Shown: one piece after another, positions 63,846 to 64,000 of the stretch
Numbering within the stretch: position 1 is the stretch's first letter
Layout: each line of letters starts with the position of its first letter
NCBI GenBank assembly: GCA_951406725.2
Contig: OX597815.1
Location: forward strand, 185,380,001 to 185,444,000
DNA: 64,000 nucleotides
Origin: Octopus vulgaris
Lineage: Eukaryota
Direction of reading: 5' to 3'
Translations under genes and position numbers: made by a program
The notes under the pieces: model-generated
What the model was told of the DNA's origin: nothing
The model's database searches: none
What the model saw: only the letters and a program-made list of their open reading frames with translations

Positions 63846-64000
63846 ATGTATTTATTCATACATAAAGTGAGAGGGGGAAGGAGAAAAAGAAATTAAATAT
63901 TTCTCAGCTGTTTGGCTTACAAATAACCTAAATATTATAAATATTGTGACTATAATAGATTATCTTTTATTTAGATCCATATTTAAGAGTTAAATAAGTA

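Overview
AT-rich, microsatellite-dense eukaryotic DNA. The SINE families and (TA)n/(CA)n density suggest a cephalopod, probably Octopus (inference). I could not recognise any host gene exon, and almost all ORFs in the track are simple-repeat artefacts. The window is a mosaic of transposons. (1) A young Penelope-like retroelement (PLE; RT + C-terminal GIY-YIG) at 42550-45823, with a 1047-bp inverted copy, inserted in (TA)n, plus an old relic of the same PLE type at ~29.9-30.8 kb. (2) Relics of RTE, CR1/L2-like and RLE-type LINEs, a Gypsy integrase, a Helitron, mariner and maT transposons, two long-TIR MITEs, dozens of tRNA-derived SINEs and a 19-bp GC-rich minisatellite. The main hidden signal, read by eye, is about ten minimal type I hammerhead ribozyme (HHR) motifs from about eight unrelated repeat families. 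They sit in the PLE pseudo-LTRs and in short non-coding elements that mostly abut (TA)n. Most have a self-complementary stem III, and several have non-canonical cores (G3-C8 swap, U4C, A6U, possibly U3-A8). Several carriers share the PLE's inverted-arm-plus-tail architecture, suggesting a community of ribozyme-bearing non-autonomous PLE derivatives that target microsatellites. Boundaries of degraded elements are approximate.
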